This document shows, piece after piece, positions 9,802 through 17,852 of a stretch of DNA of 31,133 nt. The stretch is from positions 1 to 31,133 of the forward strand of contig JAEOTS010000017.1 in NCBI GenBank assembly GCA_016839745.1. The letters run 5' to 3'. The notes below the pieces were generated by a model that saw nothing but the letters and a program-made list of their open reading frames with translations, was not told where the DNA came from and did not search any database. The DNA is from Promethearchaeota archaeon (lineage in GTDB: Archaea > Asgardarchaeota > Lokiarchaeia > Sigyniarchaeales > SOKP01). Position 1 is the first letter of the stretch. Each line of letters starts with the position of its first letter. Both the position numbers and the translations under genes were made by a program.

Positions 9802-10452
9802 ATTCTTATTTCAAAAAGTTATTTACTAATGGTTTTAAATGAACAAAAGGGGATTCCCTATTCTAAGGGCTTTGAAAGTTTGGGTTTTGCAGGAGCATTA
9901 TTAATGGATCTATTTCTTCAAGGTAAAATAACTTTAACAAAAAGTAGCTTTGAAGTTATTGATTCAAGTTCAACGGGAGACGAATTATTAGATCAAATGC
10001 TTGAAATAATAGAAAAATCAGAGAAAAAACGAAATTTAATGAATTGGATTGATAGACTTTCACAGAAATTTGAATATTATTATTTGTATTTCGATCTTAT
10101 GGAACAACAAGGCATTTTAAAGAGTGAAATCAGTCCACTTTTAAAAACAAAACTCTATTATTTACAGAATCCGGAAATAAAATCACAGTTGTTAGAAGAA
10201 ATTCATAATGTGGTTAATAACGATAAAGAGCCTAGTACTATTATTATTTGCTTGCTGACTTTATTAGAAGAGAGCAAATTAATAAAATTGTATATGCCTC
10301 GAGACTTAAGAAAGAAAGCTAGAAATCGTATAAAAGAGATCTTACATTCTGAGCAATTAGAATCTTCAAACAGGGAAATGATTTTAAGAATTAAGAAGGA
10401 AATTGTGAATGTAGTGGGAGCAAGGAATATGTTTATGACAGATGAAAAATAA
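9802..10452 (+). CDS. GPP34/GOLPH3 (Vps74) family protein
   Basis: AGALLMDLFLQGKI, STGDELLD, NWIDRLS and GIL match the GPP34 family pattern; probable ATT start at 9802 after GAGGAG (track start is ATG 9829). Confidence 0.8.
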   Translation: MLISKSYLLMVLNEQKGIPYSKGFESLGFAGALLMDLFLQGKITLTKSSFEVIDSSSTGDELLDQMLEIIEKSEKKRNLMNWIDRLSQKFEYYYLYFDLMEQQGILKSEISPLLKTKLYYLQNPEIKSQLLEEIHNVVNNDKEPSTIIICLLTLLEESKLIKLYMPRDLRKKARNRIKEILHSEQLESSNREMILRIKKEIVNVVGARNMFMTDEK

Positions 10453-10680
10453 GAAGTGTAAAGAGTTATTATTGAATACTTTACTATTTTTCTTGATCTT
10501 TTTTTGATTTTTATCATATTGTAATATCCCTATAATTATTTTTTCTTTTAGAATTCAATTAAACTGAGGCATATAGGGATTTTTATTATAAGATTTCATA
10601 ATATGTGAATATTATTTTCATTTTTGAATAATTGCTTGTCTTTTCTAATTAAGATAATTCTCGATTAGAAAGGAATAGTA

Positions 10681-11157
10681 TTGATCTCAACAAAACAAAA
10701 GATTTGTATTATTGGAGAAGGAGGAGTAGGTAAAACCTCGTTACTGTCCTTATTGCAAGGAAGAGATGTCCCCCACGAAAGAATTCCTACAGTAGGATTA
10801 GAAGTAGAAGATTCCCGCTTAAATGGAAAAAAATGTTCTATATGGGACTTAGGTGGTCAGAAAAGGTTTAAGTTCATGTGGCAAGATTTCTTAAGGGGTG
10901 CTGGATTAGCAGTAATAGTGTGTGACTCAACTGAAAAAAATGTGGGAAAGACGAAACAGATTTACGATAGGTTTGAACGTAGGTTAGGAACAAAAATCAT
11001 TGCCATCGCAAATAAACAAGATTTACCTGGTGCTATGAGTGCTCGAGAAATTCAAAAAAAATTAGGTGGCTTAAAAACGTACGGTATGTCCGCTATTAGA
11101 CCAGAGTTACAACAAAGAATGAAAGAGATATTAGAATACGAGATTTCTACTTTTTAA
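10681..11157 (+). CDS. Arf-like small GTPase (Ras superfamily)
   Basis: G1 GEGGVGKT, G2 IPTVG, G3 WDLGGQ followed by RFKFMW, G4 NKQD, G5 SA; TTG start with an in-frame stop just upstream. Confidence 0.92.
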   Translation: MISTKQKICIIGEGGVGKTSLLSLLQGRDVPHERIPTVGLEVEDSRLNGKKCSIWDLGGQKRFKFMWQDFLRGAGLAVIVCDSTEKNVGKTKQIYDRFERRLGTKIIAIANKQDLPGAMSAREIQKKLGGLKTYGMSAIRPELQQRMKEILEYEISTF

Positions 11158-11176
11158 AAATACATTTTAATTGTTT

Positions 11177-11737
11177 CTATAAAGCCTTTCCTATAATATG
11201 AGCAAGCCGAACTGGTTCAGGAATTTTAGAATCGATACAAATTTTGTGTAAAAGAGAGTCAACTTCAGAGATTTGAATTCCTTTTGAATGAAAATATACT
11301 TTTGAGTACCCTCCAGCCGTTTTAATGGAGGTTTCGTATAAATCTCCCGCATTCACTATGTTTTGAAGTTTTTCTTCGTATTTATTAGGAAATTTCTTAA
11401 CAAGTGCTTTTCTAACAGCTTCAAGATCCACCATTCTTTCGGTTACAGCTATTATTGGTTTTTTGATGATGTCATATACTTTTTCTAAATCAATAATGTT
11501 AAACCCACCAAATGTAATTGTATCTGTGACGATATATTGTACGTGTTTTTCATTTTGCTTAGTGAGCTCGACTAATACTTCTGTTGCATTGTCTCCATCA
11601 ATTATAATATCTTTTTTAACCATACCAACCATTCTAGTCCCTTGACAGGTTATTCCTATTAAGTCCGTGGTTTTAGAATTTGAATTAAAGGTAAATTTTG
11701 CGTCGTCAAATCCAATTGTAATTGGGAAATCTTTCAT
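11177..11737 (-). CDS. DUF99 family protein (endonuclease V-like fold)
   Basis: IGFDD, IDGDNAT, DTITFGGFNIID and PEPVRLAHII motifs; usual position near rpoL. Confidence 0.85.
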   Translation of the reverse strand: MKDFPITIGFDDAKFTFNSNSKTTDLIGITCQGTRMVGMVKKDIIIDGDNATEVLVELTKQNEKHVQYIVTDTITFGGFNIIDLEKVYDIIKKPIIAVTERMVDLEAVRKALVKKFPNKYEEKLQNIVNAGDLYETSIKTAGGYSKVYFHSKGIQISEVDSLLHKICIDSKIPEPVRLAHIIGKAL

Positions 11738-11739
11738 TC

Positions 11740-12192
11740 TTAACTCTCAGGCAAATATTTTTTTATCTCGATCAAGAGTTTTCTAAACGCTACCGTTGCG
11801 TTTTGTATCTCTTCGCTTCTAACGGTTAGGTTTCCGTTAAGAGAGCCTACGAGAAAATTGATAATGTCTTCTATCGTCATTTTCTTAATAAACCATATGT
11901 ATGCAATAAGGGCTTCAACTGTATCCGCGAGATCGTGAGCATCCGCTCTACTTTTTGAAAATTTTTTCATATCAGCTTCTTTTAACGAGTTTGCTAATAT
12001 AGTTTTACTAACTTTTACCCCTGTTCGAATAGTTTTATTATTTTTACTATTACGAGTTAAAACGATGGATTTTGCTACAGAATAAGTAAGATTGACGATA
12101 CCGTCTCCAATTTTTGCTAACCCTTTATCTGTTCCTATTGATTTTTGGGTTAAGTTATTGTTTAAATCCTTTACTAAAAAATTATATGACAT
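11740..12192 (-). CDS. Archaeal ribonuclease III-like domain protein
   Basis: DKGLAKIGDGIVNL.YS.A, G.KVS..ILA..L and DAH.LAD.VEALIAY motifs. Confidence 0.78.
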   Translation of the reverse strand: MSYNFLVKDLNNNLTQKSIGTDKGLAKIGDGIVNLTYSVAKSIVLTRNSKNNKTIRTGVKVSKTILANSLKEADMKKFSKSRADAHDLADTVEALIAYIWFIKKMTIEDIINFLVGSLNGNLTVRSEEIQNATVAFRKLLIEIKKYLPES

Positions 12193-12251
12193 TAAGATTA
12201 GAAGACGAGTATTTTCTTATAAACTTTTCAGAAGTCCAAAATGAGATTTAC

Positions 12252-12746
12252 TTAGGTTAGTTTTTTAAATATTTTCTGAACCTCTGTAACTTCGCTTCTC
12301 AAGGTTTCTATAGCTTTGAAAAGGATTTTTTTTATTTTGTATCCATCTTCAAGCCGAATAAAAATCTCAGGTGGAGTAATTTTGGTAATTTTATACGCTG
12401 CTGAATTTACGCCTTCAGTATCTAAAAGGTGCTGTACAAAAATATTGCACAATCCATGTGATTGTCCTTCGACAATTAAAGTAAAGTCGTTATCACTAAC
12501 GCCCTTTTTCATGTCCAATTTTAAATATTTATAGTCAGGTAGTTCTGGGCCCGTATCGATTTCAAAACCTTCCCCTAACTCAGTTTCTTCAGCGTCCTCT
12601 AACAAATCTTCAGAAAAAGCCTCATTTCCTTTCTCTGAATCTTTTGATAAATCGGGGTAATGGCTTTCTATCTCTTCATCGTCAAGTTGGTCTTCGTCGT
12701 CAATATCGCTTTCTTCTTCCTTTGGTTCAACTTTTTTTTTTGCCAC
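12252..12746 (-). CDS. rpoL: RNA polymerase subunit Rpo11/RpoL with acidic N-terminal extension
   Basis: VEGQSHGLCN and V..AAYKI resemble the Rpo11 GEDHTLGN and AAY motifs; located downstream of csl4; GTG start with GGTGGA SD. Confidence 0.72.
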   Translation of the reverse strand: MAKKKVEPKEEESDIDDEDQLDDEEIESHYPDLSKDSEKGNEAFSEDLLEDAEETELGEGFEIDTGPELPDYKYLKLDMKKGVSDNDFTLIVEGQSHGLCNIFVQHLLDTEGVNSAAYKITKITPPEIFIRLEDGYKIKKILFKAIETLRSEVTEVQKIFKKLT

Positions 12747-12828
12747 AATATTCCACCAAAACTAATTTCTCTAATTCAGAATTAAATAAATGTTTTTTGG
12801 TTTTAAACCAATAACAAGATAAGAAGCG

Positions 12829-13050
12829 TTATAAATATTGATTAGCTAACTCTCTTAACCTTTCGCTTGCTAAATATTGAAGATCTCTAGGTCCAAATAA
12901 TGTAATTTTAATTACTTTTCCATCAACTTTACAGTTTAGATTGAGATAGTTTATCTTCTTTTGAACTTCTTCAAGAAATTTAATGATATTGTTAACATCT
13001 CCACTTGAGTTATAAAAATTTATTACTTTTTTTCCACCACTTCGACCCAA
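12829..13050 (-). CDS. Small hypothetical protein, possibly related to the DUF2067 N-terminal domain
   Basis: TTG start with GAAGGGG SD; occupies the csl4-rpoL slot; alternating beta/alpha pattern. Confidence 0.5.
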   Translation of the reverse strand: MGRSGGKKVINFYNSSGDVNNIIKFLEEVQKKINYLNLNCKVDGKVIKITLFGPRDLQYLASERLRELANQYL

Positions 13051-13114
13051 GTTAGACCCCTTCAGAATTGTTTTTAGTATCTCTATCTTTTTAAAAAAAT
13101 GAACAAAAAAAGTT

Positions 13115-13723
13115 TTAATATCTTAAACTTTCAGTTACATTTCCATAATCGCTTGCGAGCTTTCTATTCTCAACATTTCCGCATCTTGAACATCTTAATC
13201 TATCCTGACCAATCTTTTCCAAAGTTGTTCCACAAATACTACAGTCAGCATGAATAACGCCTAAATTATTCTCAACTGTGCTTAAGTCAAATTCGTTTTC
13301 TTCTTGACGAATAACTTTCGCTCTGACAATATCAGTAATTTGAAACGCATCTGAGATTTTTTCTATGAATCTTTTTGATATGTGCGAGACATGAATATTA
13401 CCAAAATAAGAACTGTTAAAGTGAATTTTATTATTAATTGTAGCAAAACTGGTCCCAACAGAGTAAAGCCTTAAAAAACGGATGGTTCCAATAATCACAT
13501 CCCCGACTTTTAGTGTTTTACGATTTTCTTCTTGATGACTCAAGATTTCTATCGCTCTGCGATTTTTATCGATTTTGACTATTCCAGTTTTAGTAGCAAA
13601 AATTTGACCTTCTTTTACGTAAGTAGACTGTTTGTCAGGCAAATATTCTTCTACAACGCCTAAATACTGCCCCGTAAGAACTATATCATTATTTTTAGCA
13701 GAATCTTTCATAAATTTCAACAA
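13115..13723 (-). CDS. csl4: Exosome RNA-binding subunit Csl4
   Basis: VLTGQYLGVVEEY.P, S1 domain (IHVS, DIVRAKV), LGV..A.CSICG..CSRCG.VE.RKLA zinc ribbon; start may be the internal ATG. Confidence 0.92.
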   Translation of the reverse strand: MLKFMKDSAKNNDIVLTGQYLGVVEEYLPDKQSTYVKEGQIFATKTGIVKIDKNRRAIEILSHQEENRKTLKVGDVIIGTIRFLRLYSVGTSFATINNKIHFNSSYFGNIHVSHISKRFIEKISDAFQITDIVRAKVIRQEENEFDLSTVENNLGVIHADCSICGTTLEKIGQDRLRCSRCGNVENRKLASDYGNVTESLRY

Positions 13724-13821
13724 AAATCTTTTAATTTCTCTACATAATTATTATTAATTAAAATAATTAAATTTTTTCATAATTTTCCATAAAAAAAATT
13801 ATAGAGCGGACTTTTTAGGCG

Positions 13822-14478
13822 ATTACGATAAATAAAAAAGATTTAGTATCACTTATTCAACAAACTGAAGGGTTTTTGAATCCCAAAATAGAGTTAGAAC
13901 AATATTGTATAGATGCACAAAGTGCTGTTGATATAGCATATTTTGCGGGAGTTGAGTTTAATGATATTAAGAACCAATTAATAATTGATCTTGGAGCTGG
14001 TACAGGTAGACTGTCCATTGCTTGTGCATATCTTCAAGCTTCCTACATTCTTAGTGTTGACATCGATATGAACGCTTTAAGAATTTTAAAAACGAATATT
14101 AATGGTTTAGGCTTAGAAACTATAATTTTACCCATTTGCTCTGATATTAATCATTTTGAAATTGTAAGGCAGCTATTACCAAAGGAGTTGCATATCACTA
14201 CTATTGAGAATCCCCCTTTTGGAGTCCAGAAAAAGACAGCAGATAGAATTTTTCTACAGAAAGCATTTAGCTTTTCTGATGTAGTTTATTCGATTCATCT
14301 AGCGAATCAAAAGGTACATCAATTTCTAACATCTTTTATTAAGAAATTTAATTGGGGAATTGATTATGTTTTTCCCTTTCAATTAAAGCTAGACAGAACC
14401 TACGAATTTCACAAACAAAAAACTAAATCTGTAGATGTTAATATATACAGGTTTAAAAGAAAAGAAATAAGAAAATAA
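13822..14478 (+). CDS. METTL5-like SAM-dependent N6-adenine RNA methyltransferase
   Basis: F.NPK.ELEQY, DLGAGTGRL, VDID, NPPFG, VVYSIH and Y.FH motifs; N-terminal helix extends to ATT 13822/ATA 13828, upstream of track TTG 13876. Confidence 0.88.
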   Translation: MTINKKDLVSLIQQTEGFLNPKIELEQYCIDAQSAVDIAYFAGVEFNDIKNQLIIDLGAGTGRLSIACAYLQASYILSVDIDMNALRILKTNINGLGLETIILPICSDINHFEIVRQLLPKELHITTIENPPFGVQKKTADRIFLQKAFSFSDVVYSIHLANQKVHQFLTSFIKKFNWGIDYVFPFQLKLDRTYEFHKQKTKSVDVNIYRFKRKEIRK

Positions 14479-15783
14479 CTAAAAGTAATTTTTCCAAGAT
14501 TCAAATTTATCAGGGTAAACTGCTTTGGAACCTAAAAATTCTTCTATTCTAAGTAATTGATTGAACTTGCTTGTTCGATCTGAACGACATGTAGCACCTG
14601 ATTTTAATTGTCCTGAACAAAGCCCTACGGCCAAATCTGAGATAAATGAATCTTCAGTTTCCCCAGAACGATGCGACACCATAACATTGAATCCATTTTC
14701 AAAAGACATTTTAGCAGCATTTATAGCTTCCGTTAACGAACCAATTTGATTCACTTTGAGTAAGAGGGCATTTCCTGCATCCTCATCTATAGCCTTCTTA
14801 AGGATTTTCATATTAGTTACAGTTAGATCATCGTCTACAATCTGGACGGACGTATCTACCTTTGCTGTTAGGTTAGAAAAAGATCGAAAATCCTTTTCAT
14901 CAAACGGGTCTTCAATAGATTTAAACGGATATTCACGCAATAAATCTAAATAATATTCCAATAATTCTTCATTAGTGAGTATTTTCCCATCAATGTTGTA
15001 AAATCCATCTTCGTAAAATTCACTGGCAGCAGCATCCATACCCAAAACGAAATCTGTGCCTATTAAAAAGCCAGCTGCTTCAATAGCTTCAATTATTATA
15101 TCAACTGCTTCTGAAGTTAACGACAAATTAGGGGCAAAACCACCTTCATCGCCTACATTAATCGCTGATGGTCCATATTTCTGTTTCAGTAATTTTTTTA
15201 GAGTTTGATATACTTCGGCAACGTTTTGTATAGCACTTGAGAACGAGTTGGCACCAATAGGTAATACCATAAATTCTTGTATAGCCAAATTGTTACCTGC
15301 ATGCTCTCCTCCATTTATAATATTGCAACATGGCAGAGGGAGCAAATATTTATCTCTTTCTCTATTAAATGCTAGAAGATTGAGATATTCAAACAATGGT
15401 TTTTGCGACAACTTTGCAGCTAGCTTTGCGCTCGCTAAAGATACGGATAAAATTGCGTTAGCGCCTAGAGCACTCTTGTTATCAGTTCCATCAATTTTTA
15501 TCATCTCTTCATCAAGTGTCCTCTGCTCTCTAACATCGAAACCTAACAACTTTTTTCCTAATATATTGTTTACATTTGATACTGCTTTCGTCACATGCTT
15601 TCCTAGAAAGGCGTTTCCCCCATCTCTCAGTTCCAAGGCCTCCAAACCACCCGTTGACGCTCCTGAAGGGACTGCTGCTCTAGCGTAAAACTCACCTGAA
15701 TATATATCGGTCTCAACTGTAGGATTTCCTCGCGAATCTAAAATCCAGCGAGATTTAATTTTAGTAATTTTAAAATCATTCAT
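14479..15783 (-). CDS. eno: Enolase (phosphopyruvate hydratase)
   Basis: DSRGNPTVE, VPSGASTG, GDEGGF, SIEDPF, LLKVNQIG and SHRSGETED motifs. Confidence 0.97.
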   Translation of the reverse strand: MNDFKITKIKSRWILDSRGNPTVETDIYSGEFYARAAVPSGASTGGLEALELRDGGNAFLGKHVTKAVSNVNNILGKKLLGFDVREQRTLDEEMIKIDGTDNKSALGANAILSVSLASAKLAAKLSQKPLFEYLNLLAFNRERDKYLLPLPCCNIINGGEHAGNNLAIQEFMVLPIGANSFSSAIQNVAEVYQTLKKLLKQKYGPSAINVGDEGGFAPNLSLTSEAVDIIIEAIEAAGFLIGTDFVLGMDAAASEFYEDGFYNIDGKILTNEELLEYYLDLLREYPFKSIEDPFDEKDFRSFSNLTAKVDTSVQIVDDDLTVTNMKILKKAIDEDAGNALLLKVNQIGSLTEAINAAKMSFENGFNVMVSHRSGETEDSFISDLAVGLCSGQLKSGATCRSDRTSKFNQLLRIEEFLGSKAVYPDKFESWKNYF

Positions 15784-15902
15784 ATTCTTGTTTTCTTCTC
15801 TGTATTTTAAAGTTATATAATAATAATAAATAAAGAAACTTTAATCTTTAATAGTATTTTTTTATTTATTATTAAGAGACTTTAATGAGATCTGGTGTTA
15901 CA

Positions 15903-16871
15903 ATGTCAGAAAATAGACCTTGGGTAGAAAAGTATAGACCTCGCCGTTTAGATGATATTGTTAATCAAAAAGGAATTATAAGAAGATTAAAACAGTTTAT
16001 AAAAGATGAATCGATGCCTCATCTAATATTTGCTGGTCCAGCTGGTACTGGAAAAACAACTTCAGCTTTAGCAATGGTAAGGGAATTATATGGTAGTAAA
16101 ACTGCTGTAAATAATACATTTTTAGAATTAAACGCGAGCGATGCAAGAGGTATAGATGTTGTTAGAACCTACATCAAGGATTTTGCTAAAGCTAAACCGC
16201 CATCTGATATCATATTTAAAATTTTAATCTTAGATGAAGCGGATAACATGACATCGCCGGCTCAGCAAGCTTTGAGACGAACAATGGAAAAATACACTAG
16301 AAATTGCCGAATGATTTTAATTTGTAATTACTCTAATAAGATTATACCTCCAATCCAATCCAGATGTGTTGTGTTTAGATTTTCCCCCTTAAAGAATGAC
16401 GATATTAAAGAAAGAGTAAAGTATATTGCAAAGCAAGAAGAAATAGATATTAGTTCTAATGGTTTAAGTGCTCTAGTGGAGGTGTCTAAAGGAGATTGTC
16501 GAAGAGCAATCAATTATTTACAATCTTGTGGGACAATATCAAAAAAAATAGATCAAGATATTGTTTTTCAAGTAGCAGGTGAAGTTCCCCCTGAAAAAAT
16601 TCGTGAAATCCTTCAAACTGCTCTCGAAGGGCAATTACAATTTTCCTTGAAATTACTTAATGATATTACAAGAGAGTATGGTTTGTCAGGCATCAATATT
16701 ATAAAAAATATCCATCGCGAAATATATGACTTAAACATTTCAGAGGACCTAAAAATTGAGCTTTCAAAACTTCTCGCTGAGTTTGAATATCGATTAAGTC
16801 AAGGAGGAACGGAAGAAATACAATTACAAGCGCTTTTAGCCAATATCGTTATGTTGAAGGAGATGAAATAA
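15903..16871 (+). CDS. rfcS: Replication factor C small subunit
   Basis: PWVEKYRP, GPAGTGKT, ELNASD, LDEAD, QQALRR.ME and SRC motifs; no intein; ATG 15903 preferred (alternative 15885). Confidence 0.97.
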   Translation: MSENRPWVEKYRPRRLDDIVNQKGIIRRLKQFIKDESMPHLIFAGPAGTGKTTSALAMVRELYGSKTAVNNTFLELNASDARGIDVVRTYIKDFAKAKPPSDIIFKILILDEADNMTSPAQQALRRTMEKYTRNCRMILICNYSNKIIPPIQSRCVVFRFSPLKNDDIKERVKYIAKQEEIDISSNGLSALVEVSKGDCRRAINYLQSCGTISKKIDQDIVFQVAGEVPPEKIREILQTALEGQLQFSLKLLNDITREYGLSGINIIKNIHREIYDLNISEDLKIELSKLLAEFEYRLSQGGTEEIQLQALLANIVMLKEMK

Positions 16872-17663
16872 TTTCGTTTTAACGGTGTATTTTTGCTCTT
16901 TCTCTCTAAAAAAGAAATCCATTCTATCCTTCGATCTTTTATCTGTTGTGAGTTGTATACTATTTCCGTAGTTTATATCCCATAATATCAATCCAAAAGG
17001 ATCAGCGGGTTGATAAGATATGAATTTGGCGGGATTAAATAAATCTAAAAAATCTTCGTAATTGATTACCCCTAAACCAACTTCCAAAATTTTCGCGACC
17101 ATTCGCCTTATCTGCTGTCTTAAAAATGCTCTACTTTTAAAATCGAATATTATGAAATCACCATCAATATTCAATGATGCTAGTTGGAGGTCCCTAACAG
17201 TTTTATCTTCCTTGTTTTCTTGTTTCGAAAAATTTCTGAAATCATGTCTTCCTTCTAATACATTACACGCTTTTTTCATATTCTTTATGTTGAAGGAACT
17301 TTTTAAATAACGGGTTATGTATTTATAATGCCTAAATTTCGCGTTGAATCTTGAATAATAATCTAATGGAACTTTAGTATGCGCCCAGATCCCAATGTGC
17401 TTTGGTAAAGCGGAATTTATCTCCATTAATATTGGGAGTTTATTAGTAATAAAAGAAAATGCAGATCCTCGAGCTGATACGAATTTATCAGTTCTACTAG
17501 CTACCTCAAAACCTGATTGTTTAATGTCGGTTATATAATCCTTTTCTTGTAAGGCACTTATCAGAAGGTCTTCAATAGTTAAATAATTGGGTTGTCTTTG
17601 AGAGCCAAAATACTTTTTAGATCCGATGTAATAGAATTTGAAGAGAAATCTTGATTTTTCCAT
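16836..17663 (-). CDS. truA: tRNA pseudouridine(38-40) synthase
   Basis: Y.G..YFGSQRQP, SRTD catalytic motif, G.HDFRNF and FLRQQIRRMV; convergent 36-bp overlap with rfcS. Confidence 0.93.
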   Translation of the reverse strand: MEKSRFLFKFYYIGSKKYFGSQRQPNYLTIEDLLISALQEKDYITDIKQSGFEVASRTDKFVSARGSAFSFITNKLPILMEINSALPKHIGIWAHTKVPLDYYSRFNAKFRHYKYITRYLKSSFNIKNMKKACNVLEGRHDFRNFSKQENKEDKTVRDLQLASLNIDGDFIIFDFKSRAFLRQQIRRMVAKILEVGLGVINYEDFLDLFNPAKFISYQPADPFGLILWDINYGNSIQLTTDKRSKDRMDFFFREKEQKYTVKTKLFHLLQHNDIG

Positions 17664-17852
17664 TAGTATAAAATTTATTGTAGATTTTAATAATTTTTCG
17701 TATGAAAACGGAATTATCGTTTGAATTAAAATTGTGTTATAATATTGAAACCAATTAATTTGGTAAAAAATAATCTTTTAATGGAACTTATCATTTATAT
17801 TTTTAAATTTCATAAGTAATTTTCAAGTTCACAAAAGTATCATAGAGAAAAT

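Noticed and set aside
10203-10517. 104-aa minus-strand hydrophobic ORF
   Set aside because: Mostly antisense to the GPP34 gene; its composition is typical of the reverse complement of A-rich coding DNA
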